A stretch of DNA of 54,984 bases, filler included, from Sphacelaria rigidula (taxonomy: Eukaryota), in the NCBI GenBank assembly GCA_964200075.2. It is 6 parts of 6 records of this genome, joined end to end, with 100 filler letters (N's around TTAATTAATTAA, not from the genome) between each part and the next. Parts side by side here need not be neighbours in the genome. Positions count along the whole stretch, not along the records: positions 18,365 to 27,445 come from CAXNAA020009349.1; positions 27,546 to 36,625 come from CAXNAA020009350.1; positions 36,726 to 45,805 come from CAXNAA020009351.1; 3 more parts are not named here. The stretch is one strand, 5' to 3'. A model generated the notes under the pieces. That model was not told the origin of the DNA. It was given only the letters and a program-made list of their open reading frames with translations, and made no database searches. How positions within the stretch are numbered: the stretch's first letter is position 1; each line of letters opens with the position of its first letter. The translations under genes and the position numbers were made by a program. Shown here piece by piece: positions 25,501 to 36,936 of this stretch.

Positions 25501-27445
25501 CGGGAAGTCATGCTTATGAGGATGACCCCACGCAAACAGGTAGTGCTTTCCGTCTGTACTATGTTGGTATAGTCTCGCTTTCTCGTGGACCCCAACTTAT
25601 CCAAGTGGTCCTCGTGAGACGCAATGGATCGCCCGCCCTCACCGGACATTATTTGGTCGAATTGCTCAAACCTGACGAAGCACAGGTTGGTCCGTTTGAA
25701 CAGACCGAAGTCTTTGTCCACGAAGGTAGGCAGGCCATTTACCTCACGTCCCCTGCATGTTTCGATATACTCACCGATCAGTTGTTGGGTTATGTTCAAG
25801 CACCTCTAATGCGAACCACCCTGTCAGATGTGTGCCCCCCGGCGAACAACAAGTCGCCGACCGCCCTCCCGAAATCCACGCCCCCCCCTCCGCCACACAT
25901 GCCTGACCCCATGGTGGTGACAAATCCACCAGATGCGCCTGATCCTCAACCGCCAACTGCATTACTGGATAGATTTTCTTCAGAACAACTCGCCAGTTTT
26001 CAAAAGGTGTGGGATGACATTCCCCCTCACTTACGGCACATTGTTTTTGATCTATCTGGCGATGGTTGGACACCCACTGTAATCGATAGATTGAGATTCA
26101 TCTTGATTAGATATTCTGAACGGTTTTCCACTGCACCCTTGGATTTAGGTCGATGTACCACGACACCGTTTAAGATCGAGATTCCTGATGGCACTCCGCC
26201 TATCACTATGCGTCCGTACCGTACGAATCCCCTCTTAGCGGATAAGATCCCGGTAATTCTCGATGGTTACTTATCTGCCAGTTTAATTCGGCACTCGACG
26301 TCTCCGTGGGCCTCGACTTTAGTAGTCGTCCGTAAGAAGAATGGTAAAATCATACTGACGGTCAATTATCAACGATTGAACGCTGTCACCAAAATCGCCC
26401 CGCTGCCACTTATTGACTCTCTTGGCGGGGGTAAAGTATTTTCGAACTTTGGCATGCAGTCCGGCTATCACCAGCTCGTGATGGATCCGAATTACATTGA
26501 GCTAACAGCGTTTTGCACACCATCAGGTTTATACGAGTGGCTGGTTACACCACAAGATGCCGCCGGAGCTCCAGGTGCATTTCAACGTGTAATGTTCCGC
26601 GTAACTGATGGATTGCCCAAATGCCATATGTACCTCGGTGACTGCGGTGTGCCACGACTCCACACCGGCTGAACACGTCGAACAGTTGGCATCATTCTTT
26701 AATCGGTTTGAACAACACAACTTGAAACTCGCCCCCTCCAAATCCCGCATTGGCGCCACGAAGATTGAGTTCTTGGGACATTGCATCGCCCCCGAAGGTC
26801 GTAGCCCAAACCTCGACAAGGTCGCCGCACTCTCCGATATGCCCATGCCACGGGAGATTTCTCAACTGCGTTCCTTGTTGGGAGGTCTAAGCTACTACAG
26901 ACAGCACTTGCCAAACCTTGCCCAAACGCTGAAACTCCTCACCACCCTCCTCAAAAAAGGGGTGGAATTTGTGTCAACATTGGAAATGGAAAAAACCATA
27001 CGCCGCCTTCTTGACACCCTTTCGCGCCCGCCGATTCTCGTCTTCCCCGACTGATCGGCCGCGGAGCAGGGTTCCCGCCCTTTCCGGCTCCACACAGATT
27101 CTTCGAAAATTTCGATTGGCTGCACATTAGAAGAGGAGCAAGTCGATGCTACTGTTCGTCCCATTGTCTTGTCTGTCTGAGTCGCACCACTTTTCCGAAT
27201 GAACAGAATTGGTCTGTCATGGAACAAGAGGTCGGCGCAGTTGTTTGGGGCGTGCGACGTCTACGTCAGTATTTGTATGATATCCCGTTTTTGATTTCTA
27301 CCGATCATAGGTCTTTGGAAAGCCTTGCCAAAATGGCGGAACACAACGCTAGGGTCCAACGCTGGTTCGAAATCCTGTCGTCTTACAACTTTCAACTGAA
27401 GTACCGCACAGGTCCCCAGAATGCAAACGCCGACTTTCTGTCACG
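22596..27445 (+). mobile_element. Degenerate Ty3/gypsy LTR retrotransposon (gag-PR-RT-RNase H), truncated at scaffold end
   Basis: Protease ALPDSGSPQTFI (~25125). RT motifs STSPWAST, VNYQRLN, SGYHQ, TAFCTPSGLYEW and YLGD (broken YxDD). RNase H LHTDSS, EQEVGAVVWGV and TDHRSL. Multiple frameshifts and stops. The gag-like ORF is interrupted by MITE A. Confidence 0.92.
22807..23106 (+). mobile_element. MITE family A copy 2, inserted in gypsy gag, TSD AATC
   Basis: Both TIRs intact. AATC lies at 22803-22806 and at 23107-23110. Confidence 0.88.
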
Positions 27446-27545
27446 NNNNNNNNNNNNNNNNNNNNNNNNNNNNNNNNNNNNNNNNNNNNTTAATTAATTA
27501 ANNNNNNNNNNNNNNNNNNNNNNNNNNNNNNNNNNNNNNNNNNNN
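27446..27545. other. Artificial scaffold spacer
   Basis: Same spacer. Gypsy RNase H lies on the left and an unrelated copia RT on the right. Confidence 0.97.
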
Positions 27546-28318
27546 TTGGCGAAGGAATACGAAGTAGAGTGGGGAAAGAGTATCCCCATCGCTGTTGGTG
27601 CGAAGCTTGAAGAGTTCAGTGTAGAAGAGCAGGCAACGGAATTTCCGTTTCGAAAATTGATAGAGTCACTGATGTGGCTGGCAACTCAAACGAGGCCAGA
27701 CATATCTAACGCAGTACGTGCAGTAGCGAGGTCCTGTGCCTCACCGAAACACCTCCATTGGCGTGCTGCACATGGTATTTTGGGGTATATGTTAGGCGAA
27801 CAAGTTCGCTGGGGATTTCTTTTCGTAGAGGAAGTATACAGGGGTTGAGCTTTCATGTTTTTGCAGACGCAGACTACGCAAGTAAGGCAGCTGATAGGCG
27901 GTCGGTATCAGGAGGGCTAGTCATGTGTGGAGGTGCATGTGTGTCTTGGTTTTCGAGGACTCAGAAGTGTGTGACGCTGTCCACAACGGAAGCAGAGTAC
28001 GCTGCGATGACAGATATTTTGAAGGAGGTACTGTTTTTGAGACAGGTTTGGCGTTTCATGTTGCCGCAGATGGGAATGGCATGCATCCCAGTGTTTGAGG
28101 ATAGTCAGGGAGCTATTCAGTTGGCAAAGAACCCAATCACAAACTCCAACTCCAAGCACATCGACGTACGGCATCATTTTATCAGGGAATTGGTTGGGAG
28201 GAAAGAGGCTTCGGTTATTCACGTGAGATCATAGTATCAACATGCCGATTTCCTCACTAAAGTGTTGCCGACAGAGTCTTTTGAGTTTCACCGTAATATT
28301 GTCATGAACATCATGTAG
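27546..28318 (+). mobile_element. Ty1/copia pol C-terminus (RT end + RNase H), degenerate
   Basis: Motifs LMWLATQTRPDI, FADADYA...DRRSVSG, LSTTEAEY, EDSQGAI, SKHIDVRHHFIRE and HADFLTK. One frameshift near 27790 and an in-frame stop at 28232. Confidence 0.95.
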
Positions 28319-28447
28319 AGTCTGCAAGACACTGGTTCATTGGGTTGGTCTGAGCTGGTTTGATTTGTTTTCGGGGACATTTATCCACCCCGGGCAAGTA
28401 GGGGTACGAGGCCATGGTTGCAATATTTTCAATTTTGCAATGAATTA

Positions 28448-28730
28448 TTTCAGTCTTCGACGGGTACGACCGGATTTGATTTCTTTTATTGCAAACAAAA
28501 TATTATTTCAATGGTTTCCGGTGTTAGATTTCGGTCTTCAACGGGTTCGACAAGATTTGATTCTTTGTTCCAGCAAATGAAATATTTTCCACTGGTTTTC
28601 GGTGTTGGATTTCAGTCTTCGACGGGTCCGACCGAATTTGATTTTTTTATTGCAAACAAGATGTTTTTCAACGGTTTCTGGTGTTGGATTTCGGTCTTCG
28701 ACGGGTTGAATCGAATTCTCTTTTCAGTAC
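28448..28730 (+). repeat. ~80-bp tandem repeat (about 4 copies) in copia 3' non-coding region
   Basis: 'tttc(a/g)gtcttc(g/a)acgggt' at ~28448, 28529, 28610 and 28689. Confidence 0.85.
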
Positions 28731-29199
28731 TGAAAGGCGTGAAGGGATGGATGAAAAGCATGAGTATGTCATGACGTATTGAGGAAAAGGACTAAAGAAA
28801 GAATTTTCAGTTCGCTAAGTAGATGGCATAACCAAATGTCTGTACAAGGGTGGGACGATTTTTTATTCGCTTGATAATATAGTATTGAATATTGTTTAGT
28901 AGGGTTTGACAATGGAGTAGAGTTGAGCCGTCAGTAGGAGGGCTAATCGAATATAGTCACACTCAATGATGGATACATGTAAGCAGGCCTGGATGCGAGG
29001 GAAATGGATTCTGTGATTGGACCATGACATATGGGTGAATGACATGTAATGAGATGAAGTTCTATTATTTAAGGTATACCCGATTTGTTGGTTGCAGCGA
29101 GGATCCGTTGAGGGGCACTCGCCATGTCGCGTGGCCAAGGAATTAGGCTCTGACGTGTTGTTTTTCTACATGAATGGATCTTCATGAGGGACCACGCCC

Positions 29200-30250
29200 C
29201 TTTTTGGCAGTGCACTTTTCTGGATTTTTACGTGTGGGTGGAGAGTAAAATACACATTAACCAACAAGGGAATCAATTCAACAACAGAGCTCCCACGACC
29301 TTTTCTTACCCATAGACCCCAGCGCTGAGTAGGAGATTCAGCCCTTACCCTACGGGTGGGTCGTGATCCTGCCTTGTCTGCGCAAGCGAAGAAGCTGCAT
29401 GGGTTACCGACCCCCTGCATCCTGACCACGATATACGGGGTTGACGTGCCGTCGCGGGTGTTCATAGTACCAGGCCCACGGGATTGAATATCCTACGTCG
29501 CAGGCAAATTCGACTGACGCTGGCGACATCGAATGGAATACTGTATAGTATGTTATCCAGCCGCTGTGACCCTACTATGGAATCGGTTCAAGGTTGGCAG
29601 AACAACCTCAACGAGCGTCGGGGGGCGCTGTGGTACGACGGCGACTCCGCAGTATACAGGGGTTCATGGCCGGTGGGGACGGATGACTGCTTCGGGGGAC
29701 CACCGCTGTGCAGAGCTCACGTCGCGATACGTCTCAGTGACACTGTACTCACTCCCGTGTTCGTGCCACCATAGGAGCAAATGTTGGAAAAGTTGAGGAA
29801 CCGCCGCATTTCAAATGCCATTGCGAGACATTTTGGTGTTCGGGTTCGCGAGAGGAAGCATGCAGACCCTACTTTGCTTAGTGTTCCATATTCTTCAGGT
29901 ATAGTTCCTCCAACTGTGCCGCGGGAGGGGGGCTGGTTCTCGTCCAACATCTAACTCATCATGAAATGAGTTGGGAGCACGCCACGAGTAGAAATCCAAT
30001 GGACTACGGATGTTCAGGCGAACGCAGTTTGACCCTTCAACGGCGAGAGTACTCCATCTGAATCATTCCCTCTTCCTTGGAGTGAACTGATGTCGATTCA
30101 GCACACCCCCCGTCGTCGACAGAGTTGAAGCAAGGAATGCTATGTCGCATGCCTATGTGGCTCCCAGCCTGATGAGCACCTCGGAAACATCTGGGCTAAG
30201 CTGTGCAACCGGTACTGTCGCGTGACTTCCGTGGAAAGGGATTAAAACAA
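29200..30250 (-). mobile_element. Highly degenerate Ty3/gypsy integrase/C-terminal remnant
   Basis: Broken minus-strand frames read ..LHSLAQM.., ..FNSV../..STTG.., ..VSLRR.., ..GPPK...PTG...YTAESPSYH.. in the order expected for a gypsy integrase C-terminus. Recognised by eye only. Confidence 0.45.
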
Positions 30251-30588
30251 ACCCTCACGTTTGCCATTTCCGTCATTGGAGATTAATACATCCAACCGAA
30301 TTATGCATCAGCTTTCTGTTTACTGTCGATCTGCACGGCTACTTAGCCTCGCACTAGACAGTGGAATGGAACAGTCGGACTGGACCGTCAAAACCCACAC
30401 ATTTTTTTTACCGTCATTGAAAAATCAAACAATTGCAACATCCACTGCACAGTATTTCGTCATCTCAGGCGTTCGATATCCAATCCAACTCCCGAAAATC
30501 TTCAAATCAAGCTAGCCAATCGCCGGGTATGGCCTAATCCCAACACTGACGGGGGGATGCACGTGATCTACCCGTGCACGTTACCCAC

Positions 30589-30954
30589 CAACGGCCTGTC
30601 GGGGCAAGGTTTTCGGACAGGGTGCCCCCTCCCGCCCCGCCTCCCGGATGGCAATTTTCCGAAAATCATGAATTCCTCGTTCTTGTGTTCATGCAATTGA
30701 AGAAGTTATGTACTTGGATTACGTAACACGTTTATACAAAAACACCTAAAAAAACGGAAGAGGCGGGTGGGATTCGCAAGGCTCGTATATTTGTTTTCGC
30801 TCCTTGCCCGCTACTTTGTCCCGATGACCTCGGATTCCGGCCACCCTCACACACATATGTGCACACCAACGCACGGCAGCCCCCCCCCCCTGACGACTGG
30901 AATCTTCGATCTTGGGGCCTGCACGTCCAAAACATTTTTCTTAGCACACCCCTG
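30589..30954 (+). mobile_element. hAT-like MITE family D (copy 2)
   Basis: CA..GG / CC..TG ends (caacggcctgtc / gcacacccctg), flanks tacccac / tatccac, and homology to 737-1070. Confidence 0.7.
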
Positions 30955-31849
30955 TATCCACGCACATGATTCGTGGCTCCGATAAGACACGAGCGCCGCC
31001 CTCGCCATGTCACGGTATGTACAACTCATCAAGCATCGCCTTTGTTGAACATATGTAGGAACCACCACCATCAACACCATATACACAGGTCGCATGATCA
31101 CTTTTCGTCAACCCCACTGTCATGGACAGCTAATTTAAATGTCGTCAGAGCGTAGCACATACAGACAACGTGGAAAAACAACAGATATGAAGTAGCACTC
31201 GCTGCGGTCAACACTGTACACAATGCAATAACGTATTTCGAGCGAGGGGGACGATGCCGTCAATTTGGTACGAATCACTACCGTTTCTCGGAGCACCATG
31301 AGTACGCCATAAGGCCCAATGCCCGAAGAGGGAGTCTTAATAGTGCCAGGTAGCGAACGTGTTGGTCACCGCCCACCGCACCATGCCAGCCCACCCCACA
31401 TCCATAACACATAATGCAGTCGCCCTCCTGACTCTTGCGCACCCTCCTTCGTCTACTGTAACACCCTTGGCCTGCGTTTCACGAAAGTCCTTCAGCGCGA
31501 ACTTTCCTTCTGTTTGCAGCATACCGTGATGGGACGAGAGGGTAAAACCCAACAACATGAGGGGCGTTCGTTGTGTGATTTATACTCGATAGCGAAGGAT
31601 TATCAGCAACAACAGTGGAGGCACGTGAACGGGAATAGCCGGAGGGTAACACAACAATGATTTTGCTTATCCGTAGCAAGGAGCGCGCGAGAATCGTGGG
31701 CCGACGGCGACTGCCGCCTTCCTCATGTCATCAGCACCTGTCACCCCGTGCAAGAGTGGCCACACACCAGGCAACAAATGGATCAAAAAGTGCGACTTGC
31801 CCCCGCCCACAATCGAAACACCCCATATGCACAACAGAATGGAACTTAC

Positions 31850-34800
31850 AGTCATCGCTCTTCTCGCCGTGCTTTTTGTCATCCTTCTTGTCCTTGCTCT
31901 TCCTGCCGCCCCTCCTCTTGTCATCCCTCCTCATCTTGCAGCAATCGCGCCTGTCGCAGTCACCGTCGCATGTGATGTCGCCACCGACAGACTTAAAACC
32001 CCTTGGGACAGCGGTAGTCGCGGCACTTCTCATCTTTCGCAACAGCCAGAGGGAACCACAAGTATGCTCAGTGTGAGACATCAATAGCTAGTAGTGTCCC
32101 CATCGCAGCAGTTGTAGATTGCATTGTTCAAAAATGACTTTTGCGATGCCGTGTACGGCGAGTCGTTCGCTCTGGCGGGGTAGCAGTTTTCTTGTGCTCT
32201 CACTCAAAGTTCATCCCGTGATTTTCTCGTAACACCTCCGCACTGTACACACTCCCGATGGCGGATACAGCCTTCACTGACTTCAACGCATGGTGAGGCC
32301 AACCTCGGCGCAGCGTAATATGAGTTCAAGAACGGGTGGCGATAGCATGAATGCCGCACTCGCTGTGCCAGTACAGCGGCACCGTGCACCAAGTTCACGG
32401 CACAAAATATTTCTCCCCAGCGTTTCAGTTCGCACGTTCGACCTCCGATTCAAACTACGGCACTGACCGCAACTGCAGGCATTGGTTCCCCGCAACCTTC
32501 ATCACCGCGATTGCCCGAGCGACGAGTCCTGTCGAAGTGCCTCGACGTCTCGTTGTCAAACAGTGTATCATCGCGCTTTTGAAACCATCAGGTTGGTGCA
32601 CCAACACATGAAGACTTGCGCACCACATACATAATACTGATCAACTAAGCATCACGAGGGCTATGTTTGAATGTACCAGATTGCTAGAACCACGGCACGA
32701 TACTCTACGCCGGGGGGAACCCCTCACCGCATTTGTCCGTTCGAACATATTCGACCACATTCCGGAGTTACACAAGCTTCGGGCATTCGCTCATTCTGGG
32801 CGCTCACCCTTCTTGCAGCATTCGCGCTGGTCGCACTTGCCGCGGCACTCCTTGTTACCGAGGCTAGAGAAGCCGCGGGGGCAGGTGAAGTCGTCCTTGC
32901 ACGTCTTCTTCTCTGTAACGGCAGCAGGTGACGAGCAAGAGCGCCGTCACGCGTATCGATCAACACCGGGTAACATTTTCAACATCGTGTGCTAGCTTGT
33001 GTTTGATTGTACCGGCAACACCATCTTGAATCTTTTTCATGTTTGGCCTGAAAAAAACCGAAGACGTTTTTCACGAAAAAACGTTTTACAGGGCGTGTGT
33101 ATGTATCCCCGAGTCCAATTTCTAACCCGCGATAATTTTCCGTGCCCAAGTTCGATAGGTCTCGCGATTGAACGATGTGCTTGCACTAACGTGAGGGATG
33201 TACGAGTTGCGATTCCCCTCCCACATCAGCGAACGACGTCGCAATTGTGCCAGCCATATTCTTCAGCCGCAATCAAATCTACTGTAGATCGTGATCGTAC
33301 GTGTGGCTTCCTCCAGAAAACTCACCCTTCTCGCAACAGTCGCGCTGGTCGCACTTGCCGCGGCACTCCTTGTTACCGAGGTTATGGTAGCCACGGGGGC
33401 ACTTGAAGTCGTCCTTGCATGTCTCCTTCTCTGCGACGGCCGATTGCATCAAAATACCGTCACTCGCGGCGCGTGAGAGTGTGTCGACAGAGTTATTGCG
33501 TGGTCGTGCCGATTTCATCATCAACTAGAATTGAGGCCGAGTATAATGAGAATCGTGGTGGACAGCATAAATGTGACTGGATTGTTACGCATATCGATCG
33601 GCATGGATGGGTGTTGCCCCAACACCTTGCACCCTATCGAAAACATCGGGAATTGTTTGCGTGTGTACTTCTGTGCATTACAACTCTACGCAGCGCTCAT
33701 GGGAGATGCCCACCTTTCTTGCAACATTCGCGCTTGTCGCACTTGCCACGGCACTTCTCGTCACCGACGTTCAGGAAGCCGCTGGGGCAGGTGAAGTCGT
33801 CCTTACACGTCTTCACCTCTGCGACAGACATGACAGTCGACGGTTGGGTGGCCTCGCGCCTAAGCAATATTCACGTGTACGCAATCACTAGATACAGCGC
33901 ACCGGTGCGATCATGGTGGGGGGTTCGTATACCATACTTCTTGCCACAGTTTGAACACCTTCCTTTCCCCAGGATGAACTTCAAGTCCCGAGGGGAACCC
34001 AGGTTACCCGTGGTGCACGCACGCCACACAGGATGGTATGTCGCACAAGGGCAGCACTCCCCCATCGTGTCCACTATCCCGTAAAACCCGCCTTGTTGTT
34101 TTTCACGTCCTCACTTTTGCGGGAGACAGAAACCACATCGTTCTCATTCAAACTCTCAAGTACATCTCCCGGGAGCCGAACCCGCAACTTTCCGATGTAC
34201 CGGTGTAATTGTGCCATCGGACTACCAAGTCCCGACGGAGAAGCACAACAACGTTCGTGTACTCGTGGGCAGACGTATCGATGTTCTATTTGTACTGAAT
34301 GTACTACGTGTGTCGGCGGCCAATCTGCAGAAATTGTTCCGCTGACTTCTACAGCCGAACGTGATAATGCGATAGCAGTCGGGGGTGTTTATTGCGTGGT
34401 TCACTCACCCTTCTCGCAACATTCACGCCGGTCGCAACGGCCGCGGCACTCTTTGTCATCGAGGTTCAGGTAGCCACGGGGGCATTTGAAGTCGTCCTTG
34501 CACGTCTCCTTCTCTGTGATGGCCAAGTGGACGGCATCAGACAAACTAGTGTTGCTCATGCGCCTACTGTTGTCATCAATTCCACAGGCAGCCACCGGCT
34601 CTGCACCGCCTCCATATCTACTCTGACCGAACGAATGTCATAAGACGTCGCGAGCTCTATGAAACATTCGCTAGCAACAAAGTTGTCACGTGGGAAAAAC
34701 TCAAGCTGCTTCATCATCGGAGAGTAGGTGTGCCGAAATAATATCGATACTACTATGAGTGGGACGTTCTTTGCCCCAAACCTCGTGCTTTCGCACATAC

Positions 34801-35197
34801 CCTTTGAGGACCGAAGGCTGGAAACCTCTGGAATACATCTAGGGAGGTCGGGAGGGATGGGGTCGTCCGTATGAAGTCATTTGTCTTGAATTTAGGTCAG
34901 GGAAAGCACGGGCTTTGAGTTGAACCTCCTCTTCGACAATTCACTGTTTACTTCTGATCAGCCCGCCGCGTGCATATATGCTACTCTCAAACTCTCATCG
35001 GGTTTGGAAAGAGGGGGGCATAGCCAACACGAGTGTAACCGTCGATGCATCATCCATCAGCGCCAGATGCAACCCTTCCGATGTCGCTCACCCTTGAAGC
35101 AGCACTCGTACTTGTCGCACTTCCCACGGCATCTCTTGTGGTCGTTACCGATTGACTTCCAGTCGCGCGGGCACGAAAAATCCTTGCACATGTCGCG
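31850..35197 (-). CDS. Cysteine-rich tandem-repeat protein; one 6-Cys module (C-x4/5-CP-x-G...C-x3-C-x4-CC) per exon
   Basis: GT-AG exons 35092-35197, 34409-34513, 33714-33818, 33326-33430, 32808-32912 and 31850-32033. The middle four are each exactly 105 bp, phase 1/1, e.g. EKETCKDDFKCPRGYHNLGNKECRGKCDQRDCCEK. The last exon has an apparent +1 homopolymer frameshift at ~31995-32002 and a K/D/R-rich tail. The start exon was not identified. Confidence 0.85.
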
Positions 35198-35554
35198 CTG
35201 CTCAATGGTGGGTGAGCGAAACGGTGTAGAAAATGGGCAATTAGCACAAAGTCATGTGATCAGTAAGGCCCTGCGATGACCGAAGTCGCGGTGTTTTGTC
35301 GAGAACATCATCATGGAAAAGTCGTAGGTGAAGTCACACAATGGTGTCGAGTCATCCTCCAGACTGCTGCACTGCACGTGGGCCACGCGCGGCTACGGTA
35401 CTCTGTGAAGCGTAGGAAGCACTCGCGAGGCATGCTTGCCCAGTTATACTGAAGGACAGTAGTGGGCGTGATTCACACTTTACAGTAGTAACAGTGTGTT
35501 CACGAATGAAATAATCACATGCCAAGTTCACGTGCTTTTCACGACAAACGTCAG

Positions 35555-36136
35555 TGCAAAGGGACGTCAAAACTATATTTCGTAGGCCCAAGATCGAAAA
35601 TTCGAGTTGTTGAGGGGGGGGGGGGGGGACATCCAACCTGCCGCCCCCTAGTTTTTTGCCGAGGCGTTGGCGGATGCGATCAGCTGCCTTGTGCCTTGAC
35701 GTGGAGACCGCTGAGATAATGAAAAACCGCCCCAAGCTCATCACCCATCATGATCACAATTATGGGATCGTGTTCCGTGTCGTGTGCGTCGACTACCCAC
35801 CACTTGCAGTCCGGGCAGATTTGGCGGGGCATGAAATAATGTTGCTACTCTGGGCTACAGGCTGCTGCTACCGTGCGCTCGTGTATTGTACACAGATTTG
35901 TGTGAGCGTTGTCGGCATCCGAGGTCACCGGGACAGGGTGGGCAAGGAGCAGAAGCAAAAACATGGAGCCTCGCAAAGCTTGCCAGACTTTTCGGTTTTC
36001 ATCAGTGTTCAAGTTTCTTTCAACAATGTAACAAAAACTTGAAAAAATATCATAAAATCATGACATTTTTCGAAAAATTGCCCTCCGTGGGGGGGGGGGG
36101 GCTCCGTGTCCGAATTTCCTGCTCGACAGACCCGTG
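35555..36136 (-). mobile_element. MITE family D (copy 3, longer)
   Basis: Reverse-complement homology to 737-1070 and 30589-30954. Confidence 0.7.
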
Positions 36137-36384
36137 GTCAGTGGGAGAGTTTATGCAGTATTGCACCCCCTGGGTATTGAATGCTCCTTACATACATATC
36201 TTTTTTTGCCTTGGTTCCTCGAAATCTAGGTGTGTAAAAATATTTCAGATCGTGCAACTTCAACGAGATTCGAACCCTCCAGAACGTCGGGAGGCGATAT
36301 TACCAACTGAGCCACTGGGGCCACCACCTGTTGGACTGCCCAACAAAGTCAAGGCCAAACCAGCTTAGCCACGTAGCTTCGCCA

Positions 36385-36625
36385 AACAGTCAGTCGATCA
36401 TCGAAATTGAGGATGAGGCTCTTCATTGAGGATGACTTGGAACATGAAAAACCCATACCCAAACTAAATCTTCGGAATATGGTTCCATGCCTTCACCTAC
36501 CGGTAGCTTTTGATACCTGCTACGCGCCCTACATATTCGGATTTCAGAACCCGAATCAACAACAAATTGTGCGAATTGAGGTTCAACTCCGAGATGAGGT
36601 TCAAGCCTCAAACAGTGCTTTCCCC
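36385..36625 (+). mobile_element. Foldback MITE family F, partial copy
   Basis: 'atcatcgaaattgaggatg...aaatcttcg.aatatgg.tccat.cct..acctac.ggtagct.ttga' matches 366-500. Confidence 0.8.
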
Positions 36626-36725
36626 NNNNNNNNNNNNNNNNNNNNNNNNNNNNNNNNNNNNNNNNNNNNTTAATTAATTAANNNNNNNNNNNNNNNNNNN
36701 NNNNNNNNNNNNNNNNNNNNNNNNN
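36626..36725. other. Artificial scaffold spacer
   Basis: Same 100-bp spacer. Confidence 0.97.
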
Positions 36726-36788
36726 TGTAGGGATGCGAGGTCAATGGTCTGATTATGGCATGCATGATCATGAGTACACCCCCCAGCT

Positions 36789-36936
36789 CTGGAAACCCCC
36801 GGATGTCTCGGGACTGTCAGCCTGTACAACTGTTCCGAGGCGACGCTCGTCGTCTGAGAGTTAACCCCTTGAGTACAAGCGTCGCCTCGGAACAGTTTCA
36901 CCAGCTGACAGTCCAGGAACATCCGGTGGCTTCCAG
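36789..36936. repeat. ~148-nt inverted repeat / hairpin
   Basis: Perfect 20-bp stem 36828-36847/36878-36897, plus 36811-36821/36904-36914 and 36799-36806/36919-36926. Confidence 0.9.

Noticed and set aside
25335-28318. Apparent gypsy-copia hybrid pol
   Set aside because: The two parts lie on different scaffolds separated by the artificial spacer at 27446-27545.
30589-36136. Pack-type transposon: inverted family-D repeats flanking the Cys-repeat gene
   Set aside because: The left copy has its own two ends and a TSD-like flank, the two copies are quite diverged, and no TSD flanks the whole interval. Independent insertions are more likely.
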